The translations under genes were made by a program, and so were the position numbers. DNA of 64,000 bases, taken from an uncultured Solirubrobacterales bacterium (lineage in GTDB: Bacteria > Actinomycetota > Thermoleophilia > Solirubrobacterales > 70-9). The DNA lies in NCBI GenBank assembly GCA_963808565.1, contig CAWEGM010000014.1:92918-156917 (forward strand). The letters are read 5' to 3'. Positions 41,865-50,001 of the stretch are shown here, piece by piece (position 1 is the first letter of the stretch; every line of letters begins with the position of its first letter). The notes below the pieces were generated by a model. That model saw only the letters and a list, made by a program, of their open reading frames with translations. It ran no database searches and was not told the origin of the DNA.

Positions 41865-42707
41865 ATGGAGATCGACTCCAAAACGCGCGATCTCGTCGCT
41901 CGGGCCCTCGCCGAGGACGTCGGCGGGCGGGACGTCACCGCCGAGGCGGTCGTCCCGGCCGACGCGAAGTCGACCGCGACGATCACCCAGAAATCCCCCG
42001 GGGTGCTGTTTGGGCTGGAGGTCGCCGCGGAGGTCTTCCGCCAGGCCGGGGCGGGGGAGCCCGAGGTACTCGGCGCGGAGCGGGAGTGGCGCGACGACGT
42101 CCCGGTCGCGGTGGCGCGAGTCGCGGGTCCCGCCCGTGCGCTCCTGTCGGCCGAGCGAACGGCGCTCAACTTCCTCGGTCATCTCTCCGGGGTGGCGACG
42201 CTGACCGCGAGATTCGTCGGCCGAGTGAAGCTCACCGGCGCGCGCATCCTCGACACGCGGAAGACGACCCCCGGCCTGCGCGCGCTCGAGAAGGCGGCAG
42301 TCGCCGCCGGTGGCGGGGTGAACCACCGCATGGGCCTCTACGACGGAATCCTGATCAAGGAGAACCATGCAGCGATCGCGGGCGGGGTGGGGGAGGCGGT
42401 CCGGCGAGCGCAAGATGCCCGTCCCGGGATGACGATCGAGGCAGAGTGCCGCGACCTCCGGGACGTGCGCGAGGCGACCGAGGCCGGCGCGGATCGTCTG
42501 CTGCTGGACAACATGGACCCGCTCGAGCTTCGAGAGGCGGTCAGCGCGGCCTCCGAGTCTCGCGATCGCCTCGAGCTCGAGGCGTCCGGGGGTATCACTC
42601 TGGCGAACGTCGCCGAGATCGCCGAGACCGGGGTGGACTACATCTCCGTCGGCGCCCTCACCCATTCGGCTCCCGCCCTCGACCTCAGCATGGTTATCGA
42701 GATATAG
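41865..42707 (+). CDS. nadC: nicotinate-nucleotide pyrophosphorylase (quinolinate phosphoribosyltransferase)
   Basis: ALAEDVGGRDVT, ERTALNFLGHLSGVAT, ILDTRKTTPGLRALEKAAVAAGGG, HRMGLYDGILIKENH, LLLDNM, ASGGITL. Alternative start is ATG 41823. Confidence 0.9.
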   Translation: MEIDSKTRDLVARALAEDVGGRDVTAEAVVPADAKSTATITQKSPGVLFGLEVAAEVFRQAGAGEPEVLGAEREWRDDVPVAVARVAGPARALLSAERTALNFLGHLSGVATLTARFVGRVKLTGARILDTRKTTPGLRALEKAAVAAGGGVNHRMGLYDGILIKENHAAIAGGVGEAVRRAQDARPGMTIEAECRDLRDVREATEAGADRLLLDNMDPLELREAVSAASESRDRLELEASGGITLANVAEIAETGVDYISVGALTHSAPALDLSMVIEI

Positions 42708-42822
42708 GCTCGCGAGGATGCCGCCCACCGCCGGACTGCGCCGCAAGCGGAGGCGATCGTCAGGGAGCACATGGACTCGGTGAACCGCCACGAGTTCGGG
42801 CGAGCACTGGTCCGGCGGGTGC

Positions 42823-43596
42823 TCAGGCGCCGACCGCGCGCTTGTACCGGTTGACCGCGAGCCACGAGAAGACGGCGATCAGGCCGCACGTCCAGAGGAC
42901 CGCGCCCCAGATGCTGTTGCCGGCCGGATCGCCGATCCATAGTGCACGCATCGCGTCAACCGCGACCGTGAACGGGTTCACCTCGGCGAATTGCTGGAGC
43001 CCGTCGGGGAGGGTGTCGATCGGGACGAAGGCGGAGGAGACGAAGGTGAGCGGGAAGATCACCATGAAGCCGATTGCCTGTGCCGCCTCGGCCGAGGACG
43101 AGACGAGGGCGAAGAAGGCGAAGAGCCAGGAGAAGGCATAGCCGAAGAGCAGCATCAGCCCGATTCCGGCGACGATCTCGAGCGGGCTGGCGTCGAAGGT
43201 GAAGCCGATGATCAGCGCCACGGTGATCATCACCACGATCGAGAGCAGATTGGTGGCGACGTCTGCGAGCGTCCGGCCAGCCAGCACTGCGCTGCGCGAC
43301 ATCGGCAGCGAGCGGAAGCGGTCGATCAGCCCCTTCTTGAGATCGTCGGAGAGGCCGATGGCGGTCACAAAGCCGCCGAAGAACATCGTCTGCACGATCA
43401 GCCCGGGGATCAGGAACTCGGTGTAGGAGTGACCGGGAGTCTCGATCGCGCCGCCGAATACGTAGTTGAACAGCAGCACGAACATAATCGGCTGCAGCGT
43501 GAACGAGATCAGCAGGTCCGGAGCCCGCGGGATCCGCTTCAGGTTGCGGACCGCGAGGACAAGGCCGTCGGAGACGGCGTAGGCGGCGGCGTTCAT
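42823..43596 (-). CDS. ABC-2 type transporter permease (DrrB-like)
   Basis: Six TM pattern, MNAAAYAVSDGLVLAVRNLKRIPR...DRFRSLPMSRSAVLAGR. The ATG overlaps the ATPase stop (ATGA 43593-96). Confidence 0.8.
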   Translation of the reverse strand: MNAAAYAVSDGLVLAVRNLKRIPRAPDLLISFTLQPIMFVLLFNYVFGGAIETPGHSYTEFLIPGLIVQTMFFGGFVTAIGLSDDLKKGLIDRFRSLPMSRSAVLAGRTLADVATNLLSIVVMITVALIIGFTFDASPLEIVAGIGLMLLFGYAFSWLFAFFALVSSSAEAAQAIGFMVIFPLTFVSSAFVPIDTLPDGLQQFAEVNPFTVAVDAMRALWIGDPAGNSIWGAVLWTCGLIAVFSWLAVNRYKRAVGA

Positions 43597-44588
43597 CCGG
43601 GCCGCTCCTCGGTCGCCACCACTTCGCGCTCGCCATCCTCGCTCTCCGGCTCGGCCGCGTGGCCGGTGAGGACGATGAAGACGTCGTCGAGGGTCGGCCG
43701 CCGCACGGCGATGTCGTCGATCGCCACTCCGGCGTTGTCGAGTCGGCGCACCGCGTCCGCGATTGCGCCCTGATGACCTGCGATCTGCATCCGCACCAGC
43801 CCGTCGACGGACTCGGGGCGCTCCAGACACATCGCGGCCAGCGCAGCCACGGCCTCCTCGGCCTGCTGGGGCCGCTCGAGCCGGACCTCGAGCCCCTCGC
43901 CGCCGACGCGATCCTTGAGCTCGTCTGAGGTTCCCTCGGCGATCACCTTGCCGTGGTCGACCACGCAGATCCGGTCGGCGAGCCGGTCTGCCTCGTCGAG
44001 GTACTGGGTGGTGAGGAGGACCGTGGCGCCCTCGGCCACCCGTTCCTCGATCGTGTTCCAGAGACCGAGCCTGCTCAGCGGGTCGAGCCCGGTGGTGGGC
44101 TCGTCGAGGAAGACGACAGGCGGACGCGCCACCAGCGCCGCCGCCAGGTCGAGCCGCCTGCGCATCCCGCCCGAGTAGGTGCGGACGAGCCGGTCGCCCG
44201 CATCTGTGAGGTCGAAGGTCTCGAGCAGCTCCGCCGCCCGCTGGCGGGCGACCGTCGCGCCGAGGTGGTACAGCCGCCCGACCATCTCCAGGTTCTCGTG
44301 TCCGGTCAGGTTCTCGTCGACCGCCGCATACTGGCCGGCTAGCCCGATCTGGGAGCGAAGGGCGGCCGCGTCCGCGACCACGTCGAGCCCGGCAACCCGG
44401 GCGCTCCCGGCATCCGGTCGAAGCAGGGTGGTGAGGATGCGCACCGCGGTCGTCTTGCCGGCGCCGTTCGGACCGAGCAACCCGAGCACGCTGCCTCTCG
44501 GGGCGCTGAGGTCGATCCCATCCAGCGCCCGAACCTTGCCGAAGGACTTCTCGAGCCCCTCCGCCTCGATCGCCGCCGGCTCCGCCAT
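43593..44588 (-). CDS. ABC transporter ATP-binding protein (DrrA/daunorubicin-resistance type)
   Basis: GLLGPNGAGKTT (Walker A), YSGGMRRRLDLAAAL (signature), VVFLDEPTTGLD (Walker B). Confidence 0.9.
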   Translation of the reverse strand: MAEPAAIEAEGLEKSFGKVRALDGIDLSAPRGSVLGLLGPNGAGKTTAVRILTTLLRPDAGSARVAGLDVVADAAALRSQIGLAGQYAAVDENLTGHENLEMVGRLYHLGATVARQRAAELLETFDLTDAGDRLVRTYSGGMRRRLDLAAALVARPPVVFLDEPTTGLDPLSRLGLWNTIEERVAEGATVLLTTQYLDEADRLADRICVVDHGKVIAEGTSDELKDRVGGEGLEVRLERPQQAEEAVAALAAMCLERPESVDGLVRMQIAGHQGAIADAVRRLDNAGVAIDDIAVRRPTLDDVFIVLTGHAAEPESEDGEREVVATEERPG

Positions 44589-44678
44589 GCCCCTCAAGCT
44601 AGCGCGATTCGGCCGCTGTCCTGGACGAGACCCATGGACTCAGGCTACGAGCGATCTAGGCCAGGATCTGTCCTCAAA

Positions 44679-45553
44679 TCACTTGAGCAATCGCGACAGG
44701 CGACGGTCCTTCAGAACTCGCCCGTCGGTCTGCTCCTCGGGGCAGTAGTTCATCTGGTGTTCCGCGAAGAACACCGCCTCGATCGTCGTCCCGCAGCGTG
44801 GACAGGGCTCGCCCTCGCGGCGGTGGACCTTCAGCGGCATCGGCATCTTGTCCGGGATCGCCTCCCCGACCACCTCCTCGTAGTGGTCGATGGCGTCACC
44901 CAGCACGTGCAGCGCCTCGTGCACCCGCTTGATCTCCTCGCCCCGGAGCTCGGCGCCCTTCTTGAACGGGGAGAGCTTCGCCTCCCAGAGGATCTCGTCG
45001 ACCCAGGAGCGGCCGATTCCGGCGATCACGCGTTGATCTCGGAGGAGGGGATGGAGGTGCCTGGGCTCGAGGATCCTCCCCGTGAGCTCCTCCAGCGGCC
45101 GGCGCGGGCCAGGCGTCCGGGCCGAGCGTGGCGACCATCTCCTCCTTCGTCCACCGCGTCGCGGGCCAGCAGCTTCGCCCAGGCCGACTGCTTCGTACCG
45201 AACTCCCGCAGGCGGAGCTCACGGCCGTCGGCGAGCCGGACGAGGATCCGCGAGCGGCGGTCTCGCAGCGACGCTCGCTTCTCGAACAGCTGCAGGCGAC
45301 CGGCCGACATCAGGTGGACCAGCAGGCTGAGCCTGCGGTCCGGCGGGACGCGGTCGCCGGTGACGAACCCGACCTCGAGCATCTTGCCGCGCCGATTCAC
45401 TCCGGCGACCCGCATTCCGACGAGCTCGTCCAGGGAGGGCGAGAAGGTCTTCAGCGTCGCGACGCCGGGCGCGAGGGCGGACTCGACCTCTGCGCCCTCG
45501 AGCGCGGTGCTCAACCGGCGCGCGGTGATCTCGACTTCCGGAAGCTCGGGCAC
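44679..45553 (-). pseudogene. Fpg/Nei-family DNA glycosylase, one frame switch about 45030-45110
   Basis: MPELPEVEITARRL N-terminus (ORF 45026..45553). H2TH and zinc finger IAGIGRSWVDEILWEAKLSP...CPRCGTTIE in ORF 44679..45029. Confidence 0.75.
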
Positions 45554-45673
45554 GGGCTCAAGGGTAGGCCGCGCTAACCTTTGGTCAGTTCATTCGCTCG
45601 TCTCGAGGGTCCAGACTCATACGGTCCATAGGGCGCCGGGAGAGCGAACATCCAAAGTAAGGAGCGGCCCGCC

Positions 45674-46702
45674 GTGCTGGAGCTTCCTACCGTCAACGAG
45701 CTTCCCGCCAAGCTGAGCGAGGACGAGATCTCGCGGCTGAGCGACGAGGTGCGCGCGCTTGCCGCGGAGCGCAACGCCGTCATCCTGGCGCACAACTACC
45801 AGCTTCCCGAGCTGCAGGACGTGGCCGCCTTCGTCGGAGATTCGCTCGGCCTCTCGCGTGAGGCCGCAAAGGCGGACGCCGACGTGATCGAGTTCTGCGG
45901 CGTCCACTTCATGGCCGAGACCGCGTCGATCCTCTCACCGGAGAAGACCGTCCTGATCGCCGATCTCGGCGCGGGCTGCTCGCTCTCGGACTCGATCAAC
46001 GCGGACCAGCTTCGGGCCTGGAAGGCCGAGCATCCCGGCGCACTCGTCGTCATGTACGTCAACACCTCGGCCGAGGTGAAGGCGGAGACCGACTACTGCT
46101 GCACCTCGGGCAATGCCGTCCAGGTGGTCGAGCACATCTGGCGCGAGCACGGCGAGGGGACGGAGATCCTGTTCGGCCCGGACATGTGGCTGGGCGCGTT
46201 CGTCGAGCGCGAGACCGGGATCAAGGACGATCCCGCGCGTCGCTCCCGCTTCCACATCTGGGACGGCGAATGCCACGTTCACGCGGGAATTCGGCCTGAC
46301 GACATCCGAACGGTTCGCGAAGAGCATCCCGACGCGGAGTTCCTGATTCATCCGGAGTGCGGCTGCGCCACCCAGGCGATGGAGTACGTCGCCGCGGGCG
46401 ACATCGAGGCCGATGGCGTCCAGATGCTCTCGACGGGGGGGATGCTCAACTACATGCAGCAGCATCCCGATGGCGAGTACATCGTCGCCACCGAGAACGG
46501 GATGCTCTATCCGCTCCAGCAGGCCGCGCCGGGGGCGAAGCTGATCGAGGCGAACCGGATGGCCTTCTGCAAGTACATGAAGATGATCACCCTCCCGAAG
46601 GTCCGCGACTCGCTCCGCGACTTCAAATACGAGGTGAAGGTCCCGGAGGACATCGCCGAGCGCGCGAGGCTGCCGATCGAGCGCATGGTCGCGATCGGCT
46701 AG
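45674..46702 (+). CDS. nadA: quinolinate synthase
   Basis: 342-aa intact ORF: ILAHNYQLPELQDVA, VHFMAETA, GCSLSDS, YVNTSAEVKA, CTSGNA, HPECG. RBS TAAGGAG upstream of GTG 45674. Confidence 0.93.
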   Translation: MLELPTVNELPAKLSEDEISRLSDEVRALAAERNAVILAHNYQLPELQDVAAFVGDSLGLSREAAKADADVIEFCGVHFMAETASILSPEKTVLIADLGAGCSLSDSINADQLRAWKAEHPGALVVMYVNTSAEVKAETDYCCTSGNAVQVVEHIWREHGEGTEILFGPDMWLGAFVERETGIKDDPARRSRFHIWDGECHVHAGIRPDDIRTVREEHPDAEFLIHPECGCATQAMEYVAAGDIEADGVQMLSTGGMLNYMQQHPDGEYIVATENGMLYPLQQAAPGAKLIEANRMAFCKYMKMITLPKVRDSLRDFKYEVKVPEDIAERARLPIERMVAIG

Positions 46703-46860
46703 GTAGCGCTCTTTCGGTAACCAGGTCTTAAGCTGGCCGTAGTATCGGCCGAGTCAATGCGACGAGAGAAGCGCCAGGCCTGTCGGCGCAAGGTCAGGGC
46801 AGCGCTCGGAACGTAGGAGGAGCGCACCTTTCGTCCCGCTGGTAGGTTGAGGCCGGAGGG

Positions 46861-47811
46861 ATGTTCGAGATCTTCTTGCGGGTCGGCCTTGGAATCGTGC
46901 TCGCGGGCGCCGCGCTCGCGAAGCTTGCGTCACCGCGCGCGAGCGTCGCCGCGATGGCGGGATACGGCTTCCCCGAGGGCCCGGCACGCCGGATCGCCTG
47001 GGCGGCGCTGATCGCCATGGAGCTCGGCCTCGGGGTCGCCGTCGCGCTCGGTTCCGATGCCGCCGCCTACGCCGCGGCCGCGTTGATGGCCCTGTTCGCC
47101 GCGATCACCGTTGCGGCGCTGCTCCAGGGCCGCGCGGGAGCCCCGTGCGCCTGCTTCGGGCCCCGGTCGACGGTCTCAATGGTTTCGGTGCTGCGCAACC
47201 TGGCGCTTGCCGCGGCCTTCGCGGTCGTGCCTTCCGCGGGAGACGCCTCGGTCACCACGGAAGGCTGGCTCGCGATCGGAATCGGCGTCGCGCTGGCGGC
47301 ATCCGCGGGGCTCACGGTCGCGGTACTCGCCCTCGCCCGCGAGGTCGGGATGCTCCGGCTCCAGCTGGGCACCCAGGGGGCGCTGGAGATCGCGGGGGAG
47401 GGCCCCGAGATCGGCTCCCGTTCCGAGTCGCTCGCCTCCAGGATTCCGCTCGAGCCCGGCCGCTCCGGGTCCCATCAAACGCTTGGGCTTGCGGTGTTCA
47501 CCTCGGAGGGCTGCCATCTCTGCCAGACGCTCGCTCCTGCGGTCGAGAGCATCGCGAATGACCCCCGGGTCGCGGTGGCGAGCTTCGACGAGGTCGCGGA
47601 CGCCGAGGTCTGGCGCGGCCTCGGCGTGCCCGGCAGCCCGTTCGCCGTCGCCCTCGACGGTGCCGGGACGGTTCTCGCCAAGGGCACCTTCAACAGCCTC
47701 GCGCAGCTGGAGAGTGTTCTCGCGACTGCGGAGCGCCGGAGGGCGGAAGGTATCCCGGTCGCCGACGGTTGGAGCGAGGAGCGACCGGGGGGACTGCCCG
47801 TCGGTGCCTGA
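46861..47811 (+). CDS. MauE/DoxX-like membrane domain fused to MauD-like thioredoxin-fold domain
   Basis: N-terminus: 4 TM with GAPCACFGP...VLRNLALAAAF (MauE-family C-x-CFG signature as I recall it). C-terminus: LAVFTSEGCHLCQTLAPAVESI (CxxC thioredoxin-like). Confidence 0.65.
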   Translation: MFEIFLRVGLGIVLAGAALAKLASPRASVAAMAGYGFPEGPARRIAWAALIAMELGLGVAVALGSDAAAYAAAALMALFAAITVAALLQGRAGAPCACFGPRSTVSMVSVLRNLALAAAFAVVPSAGDASVTTEGWLAIGIGVALAASAGLTVAVLALAREVGMLRLQLGTQGALEIAGEGPEIGSRSESLASRIPLEPGRSGSHQTLGLAVFTSEGCHLCQTLAPAVESIANDPRVAVASFDEVADAEVWRGLGVPGSPFAVALDGAGTVLAKGTFNSLAQLESVLATAERRRAEGIPVADGWSEERPGGLPVGA

Positions 47812-48379
47812 CCATCTCGACGGGGCAATCGACTCGCTGGCGCGCAATACGTCGCGCCGCGGCTTTCTCGCGCGCGTGAGCGGTGCGCTGATGGCGCTCA
47901 CCGCGGCTCGGACCGTAGGCAGCCTGGTCGAGCCGGGCGACTCCGACGCCTTCCACTTCTGCGGGCACATCTTCACCACCGGCTCGTGTCCTCATCCGAA
48001 CGGGCTGCCGCGGATCGACTCGCGCGGCTTTCCGCTGCGCGCCGAGGACGGACATCCCGTCGACGACATCGGCCGCCCGGTGAACGAGGCCGGTCTGCCC
48101 CTCGACGACGACAGCCAGGTCCTGCGGGATCCCGACGGCCGACCGATACCACCGGCCCCCCGCACCCGGGTCTGCGACCGGGTCGAGGACATCTACGGGA
48201 TCCGGACGTCGATCGACGGTTCCTGGTACCGCTGCTGCGGGGGCAAGGTCCGGAAACTGGTCGACTGCTGCTCTCGCAACCGGACGCGGATCAACGGCGA
48301 CGCGGCGCTCACCGGCTACTGCTTCGGCGGTCGGAAGGTCTATTGCGTCATGTACTACGACACGAGGGTTCCGTGCTGA
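47804..48379 (+). CDS. Tat-signal, Cys-rich secreted protein resembling methylamine/aralkylamine dehydrogenase light chain (MauA-like)
   Basis: GTG 47804 overlaps the upstream stop by 8 nt. TSRRGFLARVSGALMALTAA Tat signal. The mature part has 10 Cys and 1 Trp. FHFCGHIFTTGSC, SWYRCCGGK, VDCCS, YCFGG and YCVMY line up by eye with CDYWRHCSIDGxxC, YRDCCG and WCFG of MauA. Confidence 0.5.
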   Translation: MPDHLDGAIDSLARNTSRRGFLARVSGALMALTAARTVGSLVEPGDSDAFHFCGHIFTTGSCPHPNGLPRIDSRGFPLRAEDGHPVDDIGRPVNEAGLPLDDDSQVLRDPDGRPIPPAPRTRVCDRVEDIYGIRTSIDGSWYRCCGGKVRKLVDCCSRNRTRINGDAALTGYCFGGRKVYCVMYYDTRVPC

Positions 48380-49863
48380 TGTCGCTGGGCCCCCTGGAGA
48401 TCGCGCTCGCCGCGGCCGCGCTCCTGATCGGCGCGACGGGGACGTTCTCCCCCTGCGGCCTCTCGATGATCGAGACGATCGGCCCGACCGGCCATACCGG
48501 CGGGAGGCGCACGGCGATCGCGGCGTGCGCCACCTTCCTTCCCGGGGCGGTCCTCGGTGGCCTTCTCACCTTCGGCTCCCTCGCGCTGGTCGGCGAGGGC
48601 CTGCACGACGCGGGGAGGGGCGCCTACATCGTGGCCGCCGCGATTGCGGCGCTCGCCGCCGCCCTGGAGATCCGCGGCACCCCGATCGTGCCGCAGATCC
48701 GCAGGCAGCTCCCGGAGCACTGGCGGCGGGTGATGCCGATGCCGGTCGCGGCGATGCTCTACGGGGTTCTGCTCGGGATCGGGTTCACCACCTTCGTCCT
48801 CTCCTTCGGCGTCTGGGCACTGGCCGGCGTCAGCCTTGCCCTCGGCGACCCGGGCCTCGGTCTCCTGATCGGGGCGGCGTTCGGAATCGGGCGGGCGATC
48901 CCGATCGTCTCGCTCGCACCGGCGGCCGGCGGACCGTTCGGGGTCAGGGCAACGGAGCTGATGTGCGAGCGGCCCGGCGTCTACCTCGGGCTGAGGCGAG
49001 GGGATGCGGCCGCGCTGCTCGTTGCCGCCCTCGCGCTGATCGTCGTCCCCGGCGACGCGGGCGCGCGCGGCGAGGTGTCCGCGCCGCAGGCGACGGATCC
49101 CGCCGCGACGATCGACGGGCTCGTCTACCAGCGCCTCGACGGGCAGGGAGTCCTCCGGCGCGGGGGGTCCGAGGTCGGGCTTTCCGGATCCAACCCGACG
49201 ATCGGTGGCCGCTTCGTCGCGGTCCTCAGCGAGGGACGGGTCCAGCTGCTGGACCGCAGCACGCTGGCCCAGATCGCAACGGTCGAGGCTCCGGGGGCCG
49301 ACGCGATCGCGGTCTCGGATCAGTGGCTCGTCTACAGGGCGCCGCTGGGAAGCGGCGGGGACGGGATGTTCTACCGGCACATCGGAGATCCCTCGGCCCC
49401 AGGGCCGATCGCACCCGTCGCCGCCGTCGGCGGCTCCGGCCAGGTCAGCCCGCCCAGCCTCGACGGCAGCAACCTCGTATTCGGGATCGCGACGCCGTCC
49501 GGAAGCAGGATCGTCCAGCGGATCGTCGGGACTCATACGCATCGTGCACTCGTCCGGTCCGGGCGACTCCTTCTCTTCGACCCCGCGGTCACCGGCCGCA
49601 CGTTCACCTATGTCCGAACGGATGCCCGCCGCAGCCGCCTGATGATCCGCAAGGTGCGGCGGCGCGGCCCCGGCAGAGTCCTGTTCACGGTGCGCCGCCG
49701 GACGGGGATCCTCTGGAGTACCGCCCTGATACCCGGCCTTGCCTACGTGACCGTGATGAAGCCGAGCTCATCGGGCCGCGACGCGACGATCGTCCAGGTC
49801 GATCGCAAGGGCAAGCGGCTTCGCACGCACGCGCCGCGCGGCGGCGGCAACCACAGGTTCTAG
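48379..49863 (+). CDS. DsbD/CcdA-like (MauF-like?) polytopic membrane domain fused to a beta-strand-rich extracytoplasmic domain
   Basis: ATG 48379 overlaps the upstream TGA (TGATG). TM1 has GTFSPCGLSM (SPC motif of thiol-disulfide transporters). About 7 TM, then about 270 aa with repeated strand motifs (GLVYQR, RFVAVL, QWLVYR, NLVFGI, TFTYVR). Confidence 0.5.
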   Translation: MSLGPLEIALAAAALLIGATGTFSPCGLSMIETIGPTGHTGGRRTAIAACATFLPGAVLGGLLTFGSLALVGEGLHDAGRGAYIVAAAIAALAAALEIRGTPIVPQIRRQLPEHWRRVMPMPVAAMLYGVLLGIGFTTFVLSFGVWALAGVSLALGDPGLGLLIGAAFGIGRAIPIVSLAPAAGGPFGVRATELMCERPGVYLGLRRGDAAALLVAALALIVVPGDAGARGEVSAPQATDPAATIDGLVYQRLDGQGVLRRGGSEVGLSGSNPTIGGRFVAVLSEGRVQLLDRSTLAQIATVEAPGADAIAVSDQWLVYRAPLGSGGDGMFYRHIGDPSAPGPIAPVAAVGGSGQVSPPSLDGSNLVFGIATPSGSRIVQRIVGTHTHRALVRSGRLLLFDPAVTGRTFTYVRTDARRSRLMIRKVRRRGPGRVLFTVRRRTGILWSTALIPGLAYVTVMKPSSSGRDATIVQVDRKGKRLRTHAPRGGGNHRF

Positions 49864-49864
49864 G
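49849..49864 (+). repeat. left copy of 16-nt direct repeat AACCACAGGTTCTAGG
   Basis: Exact match to 51063-51078. It contains the TAG stop (49861-63) of the 48379 gene. Confidence 0.95.
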
Positions 49865-49894
49865 TTTAGCCGCATTCCAGAGCGGTTTGCGCCC

Positions 49895-49916
49895 GAAACG
49901 GACACGAAACGGACAC
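49895..49916 (+). repeat. tandem 11-mer GAAACGGACAC x2
   Basis: Directly visible. Lies in the intergenic part of the cassette. Confidence 0.9.
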
Positions 49917-49938
49917 GGGCGGGATTCGCGGGCACAAG

Positions 49939-49966
49939 AAAGGGGCCCGCTTGCGCGGGCCCCTTT
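49939..49966. terminator. bidirectional intrinsic terminator
   Basis: AAAGGGGCCCGC-TTGC-GCGGGCCCCTTT: 12-bp perfect stem with T-runs on both strands. It lies between convergent genes ending at 49863 (+) and about 50002 (-). Confidence 0.75.
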
Positions 49967-50001
49967 CTGCGGTCTATCTCGGGCCGCGTCGTTCGGTTCG
50001 G

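Noticed and set aside
45554-45673. Identity of the nadA leader as a class I NAD+ riboswitch (nadA motif)
   Set aside because: The tandem-domain architecture and conserved CAACCCC-type bulges I recall for that motif are not present. Only generic nested stems are visible, so it is reported as an unclassified structured leader.
46716-46745. Promoter-like GGTAAC-18 nt-TAGTAT upstream of the mau-like module
   Set aside because: Only a loose match to an actinobacterial -10 (TAnnnT) with a poor -35. It cannot be distinguished from chance without TSS data.
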